Assembly: GCF_009914755.1 (NCBI RefSeq)
Contig: NC_060931.1
Direction: 5' to 3' (one strand)
DNA: 64,000 nt
From: the human T2T-CHM13v2.0 reference genome, Homo sapiens
Below the pieces are notes generated by a model, which was given only the letters and a program-made list of their open reading frames with translations, had not been told where the DNA came from and ran no database searches. Shown here one piece after another: positions 29,806-45,608 of this stretch. The position numbers and the translations under genes are program-made. Position 1 is the first letter of the stretch, and each line of letters opens with the position of its first letter.

Positions 29806-32257
29806 TCAGAGCCATAGAGTAGCTTAATTGTTTTCATATTTCTACTGTTCTTTTTACCAAAGAATAAAACATAATCTAGACTGACCAATATCCCAATGGC
29901 TTCCACTGGAAACCATTTGCTCCAAAGAGCAGCAGGTTAGAGCTCAAACCAAGGCAAAATTCTCACCTCACTCCCCAACTGCTCAGTTTACAGAGCTCCA
30001 TTCAACTTCAAAAGAGGTCCCTGGGATAGAAGGGAGTGGGCAGAGAGAGCAAGATGAGAATTCAGATAAACGAAAATGTAAAACCTGAAATGGCTGTTCC
30101 CCTCACTGCAGCAGAAAGCTTTGATGGCATGCAGAGCAAGCTGCCTCCTGTATTTTTTTTTAAAAAAGATAATGACAATGATGAGCAGATAACACTATCA
30201 GCTTGTCTGAAGCTTCAGCAAGTATGCCCTGTAGCCCATAGGGTTTCCATACATTTTCCTGTGCCCCTGAACCCTCACAAATAAGAGGTCTGCAGCCCCA
30301 TCTCTACCCCCGGGAGGATGCTTCTGAACACTGATGACGAGGTCAGCGAAGATTGCTGTGACCTGGTTGAACACTGCCCTGAACAGGCACTTAAGTGCAA
30401 GCACAAACCCAAGGGTACTAACCATCTTTCAAAGCTCCCTACAGAAAGACTTGCCAAATCCAGCATGCACTTGAGAACAGGAAAATATAAACAAAACAGT
30501 ACCCTTGAGGGCCCCAGCGGGTTCGCCTTTAAAAGGGAGGAGATCTACCTTATTTTTCAAGCTCTTGCCAAGACTCTTTCTTGAATTAAGAATTCTAAAA
30601 CAACGTCATGGAGCTTCTTCTATTAGTCTGCTATTAGTTGCCAGTCGCTGCTTACACAGAGTGAGTTAATTAGTGGCATCAAAGGCAGTACAATAAATTC
30701 CCTGGAGGGTCAAAAATTTTGCCTTTTGCTTGGTAGCACATTTATGACTATCTCTCTCTGTGAGTCACAGTCTCATGAGCATTTAGGTATTCGAGATTTC
30801 TTTGAGAATTCAGTTTTAGTCTTTGACAAGCAAAGAATGAAGAGTCTCTCTTTCTTACTTTGCACATACAGACCTGAGCAGTTAAGATTCCATAACGAGA
30901 TCCACGGCCAACAGTTAAGCAGAAACAATGACAGGCCTGTTCAGAAGGCCAGAGTGTCCAGGTTGCTGCCACCTGGCTGCATCCTCCGATGGGAATGATC
31001 CTATCACTCTGGAGATCTGGCCCAGCCCCTGTGTGGCCAGAGGACTTACAGCTTGGTTTTCCTTTAAAGGCACGAAGGAATAAACCTCTGTGTGCAGCAG
31101 CTTCTTCCTTTGGCAGTGCTTTCAGATGCTGGTTCCCAGGTCCACACCCTCCTCCCATCACCAGCAAAGTTCTATTTCCTAACCTTTCTAACATTTTTCC
31201 AAACTGCAGAAGTGAACACAAACTTAATGGGCTGCATCTGGTGTGTTTATGTTGCATGTTTTTGTTTTTAGAAGATCACGGAATGAGAAAGCCTGAGCAT
31301 ATGGTGGTATTATATTTTTAATAACATTTTAGAGACCATGCTTATGCCCTTGCAGGAATCAGGCGCTCCTGGAGAGTGCATTTAAATATCACGATAATAC
31401 CATTATTGTACCAAAAGGAGCTAGAGGCCACATGACCCCCATGAGGGACAGACAGCAAGGCTCACCTACACTCAATCAGCCTCTGGGCAAAGGCCAGGTG
31501 CTGCCCGGGTCAGGTTTCTGCAACAGAAACCCCCTTTAGCTATGGCCCACTGACCTCAGCTATGAAATGTGCATTTGAGAAACCCAAATGAAAATACCAC
31601 CTTTTGATTCTTCACAATTGTATCTAAGCAGCCTGCTTCTAGTGAGTTAGCCACAAAAGTCTGTACCTTTACAAAATCTCAGATAATGGCTCAGGTACTG
31701 CCTATGAGGGAGGAGAGAAAGGCCACAAAATTTCACCTCTCACAAAGCACACCTTCATGGCCACAGACATGACGCTAGCTGCTCTCCTTCCTCACGCCAC
31801 AGCCCCAGGAGTTCACTCACTTAGCCACCAGGCTGCCATGTCTCTAAATTGTTTAAGGATTCGAATTTTTGGACGAAAGGAAGTGGGAGGAAGAGAAATA
31901 TATAATTATTTCTATACAAAATTTCTAAACAAAAAGAAAAATGTCAAGGAAATGCACCAATTAGCATAAAAATATTTGTATGGATTTTTAACTTATATTT
32001 CTCAATCATTTAGAGTACAGAAAAAGCTGATTTGTTTGTCTTTTATTTTTAATTCTATGTATGACCTTTACTATAATTATCTAAAGAAGTTCAAATTAAG
32101 TACATACAAATTGAAAAATTATCCCACAAGTTTATCTGTTGAAGCCTTGCTTTAAACTATTTATTCCATCCCTTGAAACAATAGAACATAGCTAAGATAC
32201 AGGAGGCTAGGTGTGCACATATTAATAACACCCCCCGCTGGTATAGGACTTTAAAAG

Positions 32258-32363
32258 ATTTTGATAAATTAGCCTATGTAAAATTATGTCATTTTATGTA
32301 AAATTAGCCTATGTAAAATTATATCATTTTGATAAATTAGCCTATGTAAAATTATATCATTTT
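32258..32363. repeat. AT-rich minisatellite, about 3.1 copies of a 33-35 bp unit
   Basis: ATTTTGATAAATTAGCCTATGTAAAATTAT(G/A)TC units starting at 32258, 32291 and 32326. Confidence 0.93.
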
Positions 32364-32514
32364 AATTATCTCCTATGCATATGCAAACACCTCCCCAAAA
32401 TGTCAAAAATACCCTAAGGTCCCTCCCTGAAAACTTGTTAACTCAGCTTTTACCAGCCCACTCTGGAAAGGCATAAATGGGAAATGCGTTAACAACACTA
32501 GACTATACTCTGCG

Positions 32515-32710
32515 CCTCACATTTATTGAGCACTTACTAAACGCCAGGCCAGTGCTATGTGCTCCACATGCGTTAATCCCACTGAATCTTCACAGACCTG
32601 TCCAGGATGCAGTATCATCAACCAGTTATTCAGCTAAACGTCCTGAGGTTTAACAAAGATTAAGCGACTGGCTTAAAGTCACCCTTCAGGTAAGTGCCCA
32701 GCTTGGCATG
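32515..32710 (-). mobile_element. MIR
   Basis: CATTTATTGAGCACTTACT...GCCAGGC...AATCTTCACA. Confidence 0.7.
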
Positions 32711-32815
32711 ACTTTCCTTTGTATTATAAATTACTATTAACCCCTAAAATGTGGCTTCTGTGAGGAGTTTTTGAGAGCATTCATTTGCTTGCCACTGTTC
32801 TATCTGTACATGTGA

Positions 32816-33121
<306 letters not shown>

Positions 33122-34289
33122 TGAAGACTATTTTCATTGTTAAAATTATTCTGCCTCTTCCTCTAAAGGCCGTCAGGAAGAATACTACAGACTTTAATCA
33201 AATGAACTTAACTGTAAACTTTAAGCCAGAGTCATGAATGAAATATGGTTCAGAAACTTCTTCGAATTTCTCATTCTACTTCTGTTGTTGCTGTTGTTAC
33301 TTTTGTCAAGCTCAGGCCTTGGGCACATTTAGTATCTTGCAGTGTAAATGACACCTCTCATGCTGTGGCTAAATTATCTTCTTGTCACCCTATTTCTCCC
33401 CACACCTCCCCATTTCTATAGGGTTTCCAGGTTCTGAATAGCTATTTTGCAAAAAAACAAAACAAACAAACAAAAAAAACACTGTCTTCAGGGGGACTGT
33501 GATGAACGCTTAGATGCAAGAAGCAGCCTAAGTATTTGGCTTGTGCTTAACTTAACAATAGCTCCAACAGTTAGAGCCGCACATAGTTTATTGAAAGGGG
33601 CATATGTCCAAAAGTTAAAGAAGCATATGGTTTACAGAAAAAGGAAAAAAGACTTGCACTTGGAAGCAGCTTTGCTTGGATTATTTACCAACAAATGAAA
33701 GGCCCTTCATGCTGCCCAAGAGTATAATCCCTTCCCACTGGCTGGAAAGGAATGCTAAATGAGTCAATAAAGTCAGAATCATACAACACAGAGACATTCT
33801 CCCTTCCCAACTAAAGATGATTATCGAATTATAGCAAATTTAAGAAAGTTTTCTCTTTTTTTAATCAAGAACAAAACCAGACTACTTCTTAAAATGCACT
33901 ATTAGGAATTGTAACTGTTCCTAAATGTGCCAGATATATTTCCATCCATGCGATATTAAAACTAACAAGCGTCTTTTCAATTTCTTTTAATGATGGGGTA
34001 TGCAATAAAAATACAGCAGTGCTTCATTTAGCCAAAGGAGCTGGAGCAAAAAAGACCTAAATAAATAAATAATAAACGTGCATGGGCCACTTACCAAAAC
34101 TAAAATCATTTCATTCAACCTTTTACAGGAGGTGCATGCAGTATTTTGAAAGCAAAAATTCTCATAACACAAACCTCCACTTAAAAATCACTGCCAAGGG
34201 CTGGAACCATGGCAGGATGTTATTTCTTTTTCAATTTATTTTTTAATGTTTGGGTATTAATGGCATCAACTGCCATGTAGTATAATAAG

Positions 34290-34510
34290 GCAGCACAGTG
34301 TAATAAAAGGAGTTAGAAAACCTAGCTCCCAGACTTGCTCCTAGCACTTAATCGGTATGTGACCCAGGGTACATTAAAATATATCAGGTTGTCAGCTGCC
34401 TCCTCTACCAAAGGCAGATAGTAAAACTTGCCCCTCTTACTTCATAGGGTATTGTGAGGGTTAAACATAATAGCATATGAAAGAGAGCTTTATAAACTGT
34501 GGCATTTATG
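34290..34510 (+). mobile_element. MIR
   Basis: GGCAGCACAGTGTAAT...TATGTGACCCAGGG...GGGTATTGTGAGGGTTAAACATAATA. Confidence 0.65.
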
Positions 34511-34617
34511 AAAGCTAGGTACTATCACTAACCTGATAATCTGTGTGATAATGCAAAACAGGGTGGCAAGATAATTGAGCCCTGGGCCAGGCATTGGATT
34601 TCCAGGCCTTGGATGTC

Positions 34618-34967
34618 CAGGTTGAATATCCCTTATTCAAAATGCTTGAGACCAGAAGTCTTTCGGATTTGAAATTTTGTCAGATTTTGGAATATTTGCA
34701 TATACATAATGAGATATCTTGGGGATAGGACCCAAGTCTAAACACAAAATTCATTTATGCTTCACATACACCTCATATCCATAGCCTTGGGGTCACGGCA
34801 TACAATATTTCTAATAATTTTGTGTATGAAACAAAGTTTTGACAGCAGCCCCTCACATGAGATCAGGTGTAGAGTTTTCTACTTGTGGCATCACGCTGGT
34901 GCTCCCAAAGTTTCAGATTTGGAAGCATTTGGGATTCCAGATTTTCAGATCAGGGATGCCCAACCTA
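34618..34967 (+). mobile_element. Tigger4b/MER46-type MITE, apparently inside a MIR
   Basis: CAGGTTGAATATCCCTTATTCAAAATGCTTGAGACCAGAAG...AGGGATGCCCAACCT termini. Confidence 0.88.
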
Positions 34968-35454
34968 TACTGCTAGAAATGTCTAATGTTAGGCAAGTCA
35001 CAGAATTTCTTTGGGCTGCTGCTTCCCCTTATATAAAATGGGACATCTCCTATCAACTTCAGCCAACTTCTCATAGATGTCCTAGGAAAAAGGATGGTGC
35101 AGAAGAGAGCTCCGTAACCTCTAAGGCAACAGACCAGTGGACGCCTTCACCAAGCATCAGGATAGACAGCTTAGGAGGGAATAACTGCTGTTTTACAACC
35201 AGAAAAAAAGCTCCAAGTTAATAATCTATAATTAAAACTGGTCATCTCTTTTACCCACTTCTTCAACGTATCTCTGGTCAAGCCCCAAATCAACATTTAC
35301 TAGACAAGTATGCTTAGTTCTTCAAATATCTGTTGAAAACATCAATCCCTTCTACTTGGTTTTCTACAGTGACTTGAGACACTTGAAATTTTCCCGAGGA
35401 ATACATTTTGTTTCTCCATAAACAATATTTACTAAGAAAAATCAAGCAAATTAT

Positions 35455-35780
35455 TTTAGGGTGATTACTGACAACCTGTATCCTCTGACTGCTTTTGTAC
35501 AGCCTGTGAGCTCAAATATATCTCAAACTTTTTAATGGATGAAAAATAACCAAAAGAAGAATAATATTTCACAACAGGCAAAAATGATAGGAAATTTAAA
35601 TTTCAAGGTCCATAAATAATGTTTTGTTGGAACACAGCCAGGCTCATTCATTTTCATGTTGTCTACAGCTGTTTTGGAGCCACAACAGCAGAGTTGAGTA
35701 GTGATAGAAACTAAATCGCCTGTTAAAATCTGAAAACATTTACTAGCTGGTCTTTTGCAGAAAAGTCGTGTTGTCCTCTG
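35455..35780. mobile_element. MER58B-like hAT-Charlie element
   Basis: TTTTGTTGGAACACAGCCA...CAGCAGAGTTGAGTAG...AAACATTTACTAGCTGGTCTTTTGCAGAAAAG. Confidence 0.75.
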
Positions 35781-37750
35781 ACCTACCTTGTCTCAGGATA
35801 TGACAACAACACCCATTAGTAAAACTATGAAACACACCTAGGAAAAATATTCAAAAAATAAGGTAACTATCATCTCCACAGTATTTAATATGAATGCTTT
35901 GAAATCTTAAAATAACTATGAGGCAGACAGCAATATCATCCTACAGATGACGGAAATAGGCTTAGAGAAATTAACTTCTCCAAAGTCACAAAGTTAGTAA
36001 GTCAGGGATCAAATCAGTCTCCTATGATTCTGAACCTGACAATTATATGACCTAGTGTGGCACATACATTTGTTAATAGGGATGAAAGAGGCATATCCAA
36101 GAATAAAGTTTTGAGAGTTCCTCTTCCCACATAATTGGGAAACTCCTTGCTAGAGGCAGAAACAAATGTAGTCAGGATTCTGAGGGAGTGTTTCCACCTC
36201 TTGTGTCAAAAATTGGGTAATAGGGTTTAGAGCAGGCTGAGTCAACACAAACAATACAAACCAGCCCAGGTTGGTTCTTCACATTCAATTCATACAGACT
36301 CATCCATGTCAAGGGCTCCGTGTGTCCCAGCATGAACCCTGACCTTCTAAGGGGAGTAAAAACAGAATGGCTGCTGCCCTCAAGGCCCACATTACTGATT
36401 TTTCTAGATGAGAAACTACCTGAGAAGGGACGCAGAGGCTACAGGGTTAACACAGGGTAAGCAGTAATGTAAACATTAGGTAAAGGCCATGGAGAGGAAA
36501 GGCCTCTTCTTCAGGTTTTGACTGTGGGGGGATAGACCAGGCTTACCTTTGTAGAGGAGGTTTGAACAAGAATTGGTTTGGAAAGTCTCTAGTTCAAATT
36601 TTTAAAGAGGCTGCGATCTCAACCCAACCCCTCAGGGATAGATTCAACTGAACTTTACAGTCTCAATGACTACTCTGATACTCTAAAATGTTGCACCTTT
36701 GGTTTAAGTTGAGAACACATGTAATTTTTTCTGCATTTTTCTTTATTCTTTAATTCACATCTTGTTGACACAAATGGAAATGTACTTTTTTGGCAGAAAA
36801 ACTTTAAGAGAAATAATAATAGATTTCGCACTGCACTGCTGCCAAGTCATTCAAAGAACTCTTCCATCCTAATCACATTGTCTGGGCCAGTTCTACGAAA
36901 GTTCCCAAGAAGAGTTGATGAAAACGGCAAACGAAAGACATAATCAAGGCTGTGTTACTGTGCCTGACAATTCTGTCAATTCTACTGAGTTCCTCTTATC
37001 TACTCTACTGCCTGTAGACAAAAATAAAAATCTTAGTATGGACCAGCTAGAAAACGAAACCACCCCTCCTATAAAATGAATGCACCTCAGAGCTCATTCA
37101 GCAGAATATTAGCAACCACTGCAACTTCAACCCCTGCTTTGTCACAAAGAAGCAGCTTCTCCTTGGCTCCCAAGTAGCTCGGCCTTACAAAGCTCTCTTG
37201 CCTAAAGGAAATTCATTTCTGTTTCCCTTTCTATGCATTACTGTCTCTGAAGTCCTGGGGAGGAGTGGTCCAGGGGAAGGAGGAATAAACACCTTTTTTT
37301 TTTTTTTTTTTTTTTTTTTGTATTTTCAACCTATCTTCAAATCTACACGGCAAACTTGGAATTTCCTGTCAAATAACAACTATCCTCACAAACTAGATAT
37401 CTTCCATCCAAACACTGATCTTTTGCAATACTGACCTCCTTCTGTAATATTCAGGTCACAGTCTTCCTTGCCAAAGGCCTCATAAATTACTCAGACTCAA
37501 ACCAAGAGTTATCTATCTCTATACACCTGCCTTTCTTTGCCCCACATTAAACAGTACTCTTCTATCTCACCTCTGCTTGTCACACCCCTCCGGACACTGC
37601 CAAAGAATGCTCATCTCCATCAACAACAGGCCTCTGCTCTGTAGCTGCCTCTCTCTGATTTGCCTTTTCCCCAACTGCAGTTGTCTCTACCCTTTCACTC
37701 TGAGTCCTTGTTGAATTCAACGCTGCCTCTATCTAATGAACCATCTCTAT

Positions 37751-38056
<306 letters not shown>

Positions 38057-38565
38057 ATGTACCATCTCTATTTTTTACACATCACAACCACTGGGCACAT
38101 CATAGATCTCATGACCCCAGTGTCTCTCTTTTTGACTTTGTCTGGCTTGCACTTGACCCCTAAAGTTTTCCACAATGTTTCTAAGGATTGTTCTTTGGCC
38201 AATTTAATGGCTTCCTTACTGTGCTGATGCTTCAGTCTTCCGGCCACTCTGTTCAAGTAATAATCTTTTGCTTACTTGTCTTTATCAATCTTTGAAATCT
38301 GAATGGTTTTAAAATATTACTTTCCAAGCCTATGCAATTTTTTTTTCCTTTTGTAATGGGTCTATCTGGATAGACTTGAAATTCATTGCTAGAAAAACAC
38401 CAAAATGCATGCAAAAACACAGGTTCTAATTTAATGGCTGAGTAGAAAAAATAATCACTAGGACACATCCTGTCCATACCCCTGCAATATACGGACAAGC
38501 TTTGAAAGCTGGTGTTTTAATATAGTTGTATATTCCCGTGTTGAAATCTGTTTAAAGAATCTAAA

Positions 38566-38873
38566 GACCAGACATGGTGGCTCACACCTGTAATCCCAGC
38601 ACTTTGGGAGGCTGGAGTGGGCAGACTGCTTGAGCCCAGGAATTCGAGAACAACTGGGCAACATGGTGAAACCCTATCTCTACACAACATGCAAAAATTA
38701 GCTGGGCATGGTGGCGCAGGCCTGTAGTCCCAACTTCTTGGGAGGCTGGGGTGGGAAGCTCCTTGAGCCTAAGAGGCAGAGGTTGCAGTAAGCCAAGATC
38801 ATGCCACTGCACTCTAGCCTGAAAGACAGATAAAGACCTTGTCTAAAAAAAAATAAAAATAAAAATAAAAATA
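38566..38873 (+). mobile_element. Alu (AluJ-like), tail interrupted by a younger Alu
   Basis: TSD AATCTAAA before the element recurs near 39189-39196, after the second Alu. Confidence 0.92.
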
Positions 38874-38875
38874 AT

Positions 38876-39191
<316 letters not shown>

Positions 39192-39319
39192 CTAAAAGGG
39201 GGTTTTGGTTTTTTTTTTTGTAATGAAATCTTTCATTCTAGGAACAGTCTTAACATTGCAAGGGAAAGCAATAATGAAATGATCATAAAGGAAATGAGGC
39301 TTTTAAATCACTATTCATG

Positions 39320-39527
39320 GGCCAGGAGCAGCGACACGTGCCTGTAATTCCAGCACTTTGGGAGGCCAAGGCGGGTGGATCACTTGAGGTCAAGAGTTCT
39401 AGACCAGCCTGGCCAACATGGTGAAACCTCATATTTACTAAAAATACAAAAATTAGCCAGGCGTGGAGATTGCAGTGAGCCTGGGCAACAGAGTGAAACT
39501 GTGTCCAAAAAAAAAAAAAGAAAAAAC
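39320..39527 (+). mobile_element. Alu (AluS-like) with two right-arm deletions
   Basis: Intact left arm, then GGCGTGGA|GATTGCAGTGAGC|CTGGGCAACAGAG; TSD AAATCACTATT. Confidence 0.9.
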
Positions 39528-40389
39528 AAATCACTATTGAGTAGGGTGCGCTCTCTGGTGGGTTATAGCAGATCTGTTACAAATCTTTGGCATTATAGTG
39601 TCCCTGCATCCCTACTATAGAAACCACAGAAACCAGCAAAAGTTCTGGTATAATACTTACCTATCCAATGTGAACTATCTTTCTACATGAAGGTTTTAAG
39701 AGTTCAAATAATATGCAAAAACATCAGGGTTTTCATGGGGCTGGGAGGATATTTTTAAAATACCCCCTTAGAAATACATATTCCTGAAGCCCAAGTATGG
39801 AAACATTTTTCCACATGGACACTTAAACATCAGAAAAGAAGTAACAAATTAGTTTAATTTCACTGATTGGGTCATGAAGACACAACTGTACCATACAATT
39901 TATCATGCCATTAAATCAAATAGACTGCTGGTGCATTTGGGGGTCTCATTCCCTACTTGTTCTGGGTTTAGGCCTTGTCTATAACTAGCTGCTAGTGATA
40001 TCAAGTCTTGAACTTCTTTTGTACCTGCCTGAGCTGACCACAGAAAGAAACATCTAAAATGCCTCTTAAACGTGGGCAAGTCAATTTTGTAAAGTCACTG
40101 AGTATACTAATATTCTAAATAATTCAATCAAAAATGTAGAATCTAGTCTTGCAAACAAAGTTAAAACCATAAAACCATAGATGAAAATCCAAAACATTGG
40201 GAAACAGATGCTTGGCAAATCCAAAAATCGCATATATTAAATCTTAATGTCAAGAGTACAAAAGCCAACTTGTCACAGATTAGTGAAAATGGAAGCAAAG
40301 TTAAAAGTTACGGTGTTCCGTATGCTCCCCTTCCTAAAAATCTTCTAGAAGCACATGTCACTTCCAGGCTCACAAACCTTGCATGAAGC

Positions 40390-40685
40390 CCAGGTGTCTG
40401 CAAGACCAACTCCAAACTGCCCAGCCTGAATAGAGGCTCTGAGCATGAAGAACCATCCTCAGCCCCTTCTGTCCCATCTTCTGAGCCTGCTCAACTTTCC
40501 ACCCAATGTCTACCAGAGCATTTCTTACCTTGTTTGGTAATTAGCTATTCACTTGTATGTCTCCATCACTAGACTATAAGATCCTTGAGGGCAGGCGCTG
40601 GAATTCAGTACTCTGCTATCTCTTATGTGCACACCATAGGCACTAGTGAAGTATTCTACAGGTGAATAAATAATTGAATGAATGT
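40390..40685 (+). mobile_element. L2 3-prime relic
   Basis: GTCTCCATCACTAGACTATAAGATCCTTGAGGGCAGG...GAATGAATG. Confidence 0.7.
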
Positions 40686-40973
40686 GGTGGGACTTCCAGG
40701 GAGTGTCTGGAAGCAACAGTATACGTTTGCTGCTGTTGCTGTTCTTGCTGTCTTCCAAGGGTGGCCAAAACAACAGGCATCTTTCTGATCGGGATGAGGC
40801 CCCAGAGGGAATAACACTGGAGCATCCCTGTGGGCCTTGGCAATGGGGCCCCAAGAAACAAGATGCCAAAAGTGAAAGCATAGCTCCAGTTGGGGGGTTG
40901 GAGGGACAACAAACAGAGGAGAAGGGGGCAGAGGGAAGTCTCTTATGGCAGCATTCTGCCAGCCTGGTTCTGA

Positions 40974-41451
<478 letters not shown>

Positions 41452-42729
41452 TGGTTCTGATTCTTTATGCCTCTGTTAGCGCTTGCCAGGTTATCACCTA
41501 AGAACATGATATTGCTATTCATCAACTTAAGGCTGGTGTTCTTTAGTGGAAGACAAAATGCTAAGGACAGTAAGCAATGGGAACGAAAATAAACAAACAG
41601 ATTAAGGACAAGACAAATGGACACAAACTACCATACTACAGAATTCCTCTCTCCCAGCATTGATTTTCCATCTGTTCCATGCTCAAGGGAGTTGCTGTGG
41701 AGGTTAATATTTAGCCCATGCATATGAGAGAAGTACAAGATGATTCATAGTTTACAGAGATACCCATAAAATTGGAAACACACCAGCAAATATCTGGCCC
41801 TCCTTGAGTTATTAAATTGTCAGTTTAGATATGTTTGGGAATTACTGATAAATTTTAAATAGGTATATATACACTTGAAAGATTAAAGAATAAAAATTTA
41901 ACAATTTAGCTTTTTCCGTATACATACAGAGAAAGAGAGAGAGAAATAAACGTAACTCTGGCAATTTCTTAAAAAGGTAGGGCATTTTTATGTAGCACAT
42001 GCTTTTGTTTTTTTCTCTTAACTATCAGCCTTTCATCTTGATGTTGGTAAGGACTGCATTTGCCACAGGCTGATAAGTGGATATGGCAGAACTTCAAAAC
42101 TCATGTCAGCCAAAGAATTTAGAGAGAGAGAAAAAATCAGACATAAAGCTGGTAAAAAGCAACTATAAAAATTTTTAATGCCTTCTATTTAATTCTGCCA
42201 AAAGATCACACAGCAGCAGGATCCAGATTTGGTACATCTCTCAAACTCAACTCATGCATGCACATGGCCTGAATCCAATTTCTTACCCCAAAGATTGTTT
42301 TTCATTAAGCTAGTAAACCTAGGAAGGTTGCTTATAAGACCAACAAGTTAATAAACTCCTTCCTTTTAAGACAATTCAAAAGCCTTCCATTTACTAGAGT
42401 AAATCAAGAAAAACTGATAAAGAAGAAAATAACAAGACATAAGACATAATTCTTCACTTAGAAATGATAGCCTGGTCTTAAGCCAACAGTCATTATCTAC
42501 AATTTAAATCAGAACTCAGTACCTTGTTAAGAAAACTTCATTACTCTCATCCTTCCTAAAAGTAACGTCAAGGAAAGACAAAAACACTGTGCATTGCCAA
42601 GTCTGTGCTGTTCTTTACTTTGCTCAAGAGATGTTAGGGGAGAGGAGAGAATAAAGATGTGGGCACAAGAAAGTTTGTGAAAATATTGTTCTACTCCCAA
42701 CACCAGGGGCACCAAAAAACATGTAGCAG

Positions 42730-43445
<716 letters not shown>

Positions 43446-43639
43446 AAAGTGTCAATTCAAAAAACTTCCAGACAGCCCTTCAATGTCTGCTTCAGATCTG
43501 TCTCTGTGCACCCATTCACAAGCACCATTATTTTTCTAAAATATGAAACTTACAGCTGTTTATTTTAGACAGCCTAATATATATTCAAACATATGCAATA
43601 TATAACAAAATGTTACTCTGTATCAAAAAAGCCGCCTCA

Positions 43640-44285
43640 AACTGTGCATGAACAGCCAATTCAGTGAAGAAGAAATTTAAATGTGCAATATGAAAATGAA
43701 AAATAGTTGTATTTCATTGTGTTATGAAAAAAATAAAATTGAAACATGATGCTATTTTTTTGTCTTGGTATCAAACGAAAAAGTGCTGGTAAAGGTTTAA
43801 TAAGGAGCATGCACTGTTATTAGCAGGATAGCATTGGTGCATGTTGAATACTCACATATACATACACCAATTTGATGATATGGAGGACAAGTCTTAAATG
43901 TATATACTGGTTGGCCCAATCCTCCCCTTGCTGGGTACATACCCAAAGAAGTAATTCAGGTTCTATGCAAAGACTTCCCTAAAAGGATGTTCACTGAAAC
44001 AATATTTATAATAGAGCAAGTAAAAGTCCTAAATGCCCAACAATAGAAGATTAATAATGTCCACAAAGCACAAAAAAAAGAAGAGAAGCAAAGAGAAAAG
44101 AGAAAAGAACAGGAAGCAAATGCCAAAATGTTAGCAGTGATGGTTATCTGTGAGAAGTCAATTACTTCTTATTACTTCTTATATTTCAATTACTTCTTAT
44201 ATTTCAATTACAATCAATTGAAATATAAGAAGTAATATTCAATTACTTCTTATATTTACTGTGTTTTCCAATATTTCGCTAAAAT
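43640..44285 (+). mobile_element. Old L1ME-like 3-prime relic
   Basis: AAGGATGTTCACTGAAACAATATTTATAATAG...AAATGCCCAACAATAG...CCAAAATGTTAGCAGTG. Confidence 0.65.
44158..44257. repeat. Tandem plus inverted repeat of an 18-bp unit (TCAATTACTTCTTATATT)
   Basis: Forward copies, one reverse-complement copy (44216-44236), then a further forward copy. Confidence 0.93.
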
Positions 44286-44300
44286 TAAAAAAAAAAATCA

Positions 44301-45024
<724 letters not shown>

Positions 45025-45608
45025 TTGCTGACTTTTTAAGAAAGTACCTGGTCTTTCTGAAATACAAGTTAATGGTAAATAAAAGAGATGCCAGCACTCT
45101 CACCACAATTGCCACAATCAAGTATTTGCTTGAGAATTATTTTTTTCTTTCCTAAATCCCCTGTAGGGGTGGGAAGGAGGTATTAGACATTCTGTGAGCT
45201 CATGCCCAGTTTAACCCTAATTCCTCAGGCAAAATATAACCTGTGAGCTTTTTGTGGCTTCTCCCTGCAGCAACAATCTGATTGACTCAGCACACAGTTA
45301 TTTATTAATCATTCTATGTAAAATTATAGGGTTCTATAACAATTGTGCAGTGTCCTCCATTCCCCACTCACCTCACTTTCCAGCTCTTCTGACTCTATAC
45401 AGCTCTAGGAACTGTATTATCAGTTCACTGTCTTGCATCTCACCTTAGCTTCTAATAAGTGTTAGATTCAAAGCTAGACTTGATTGCAAAAATTTTCAAG
45501 ATTGTTCAGAAGTCTGTATGAGATGTGATTTCATGGCCTTTTCTATCATACAAGTCCACTGTCACAGGCTTCACGAAATAGACATTTAGCAAGACATTTT
45601 AACACTTC

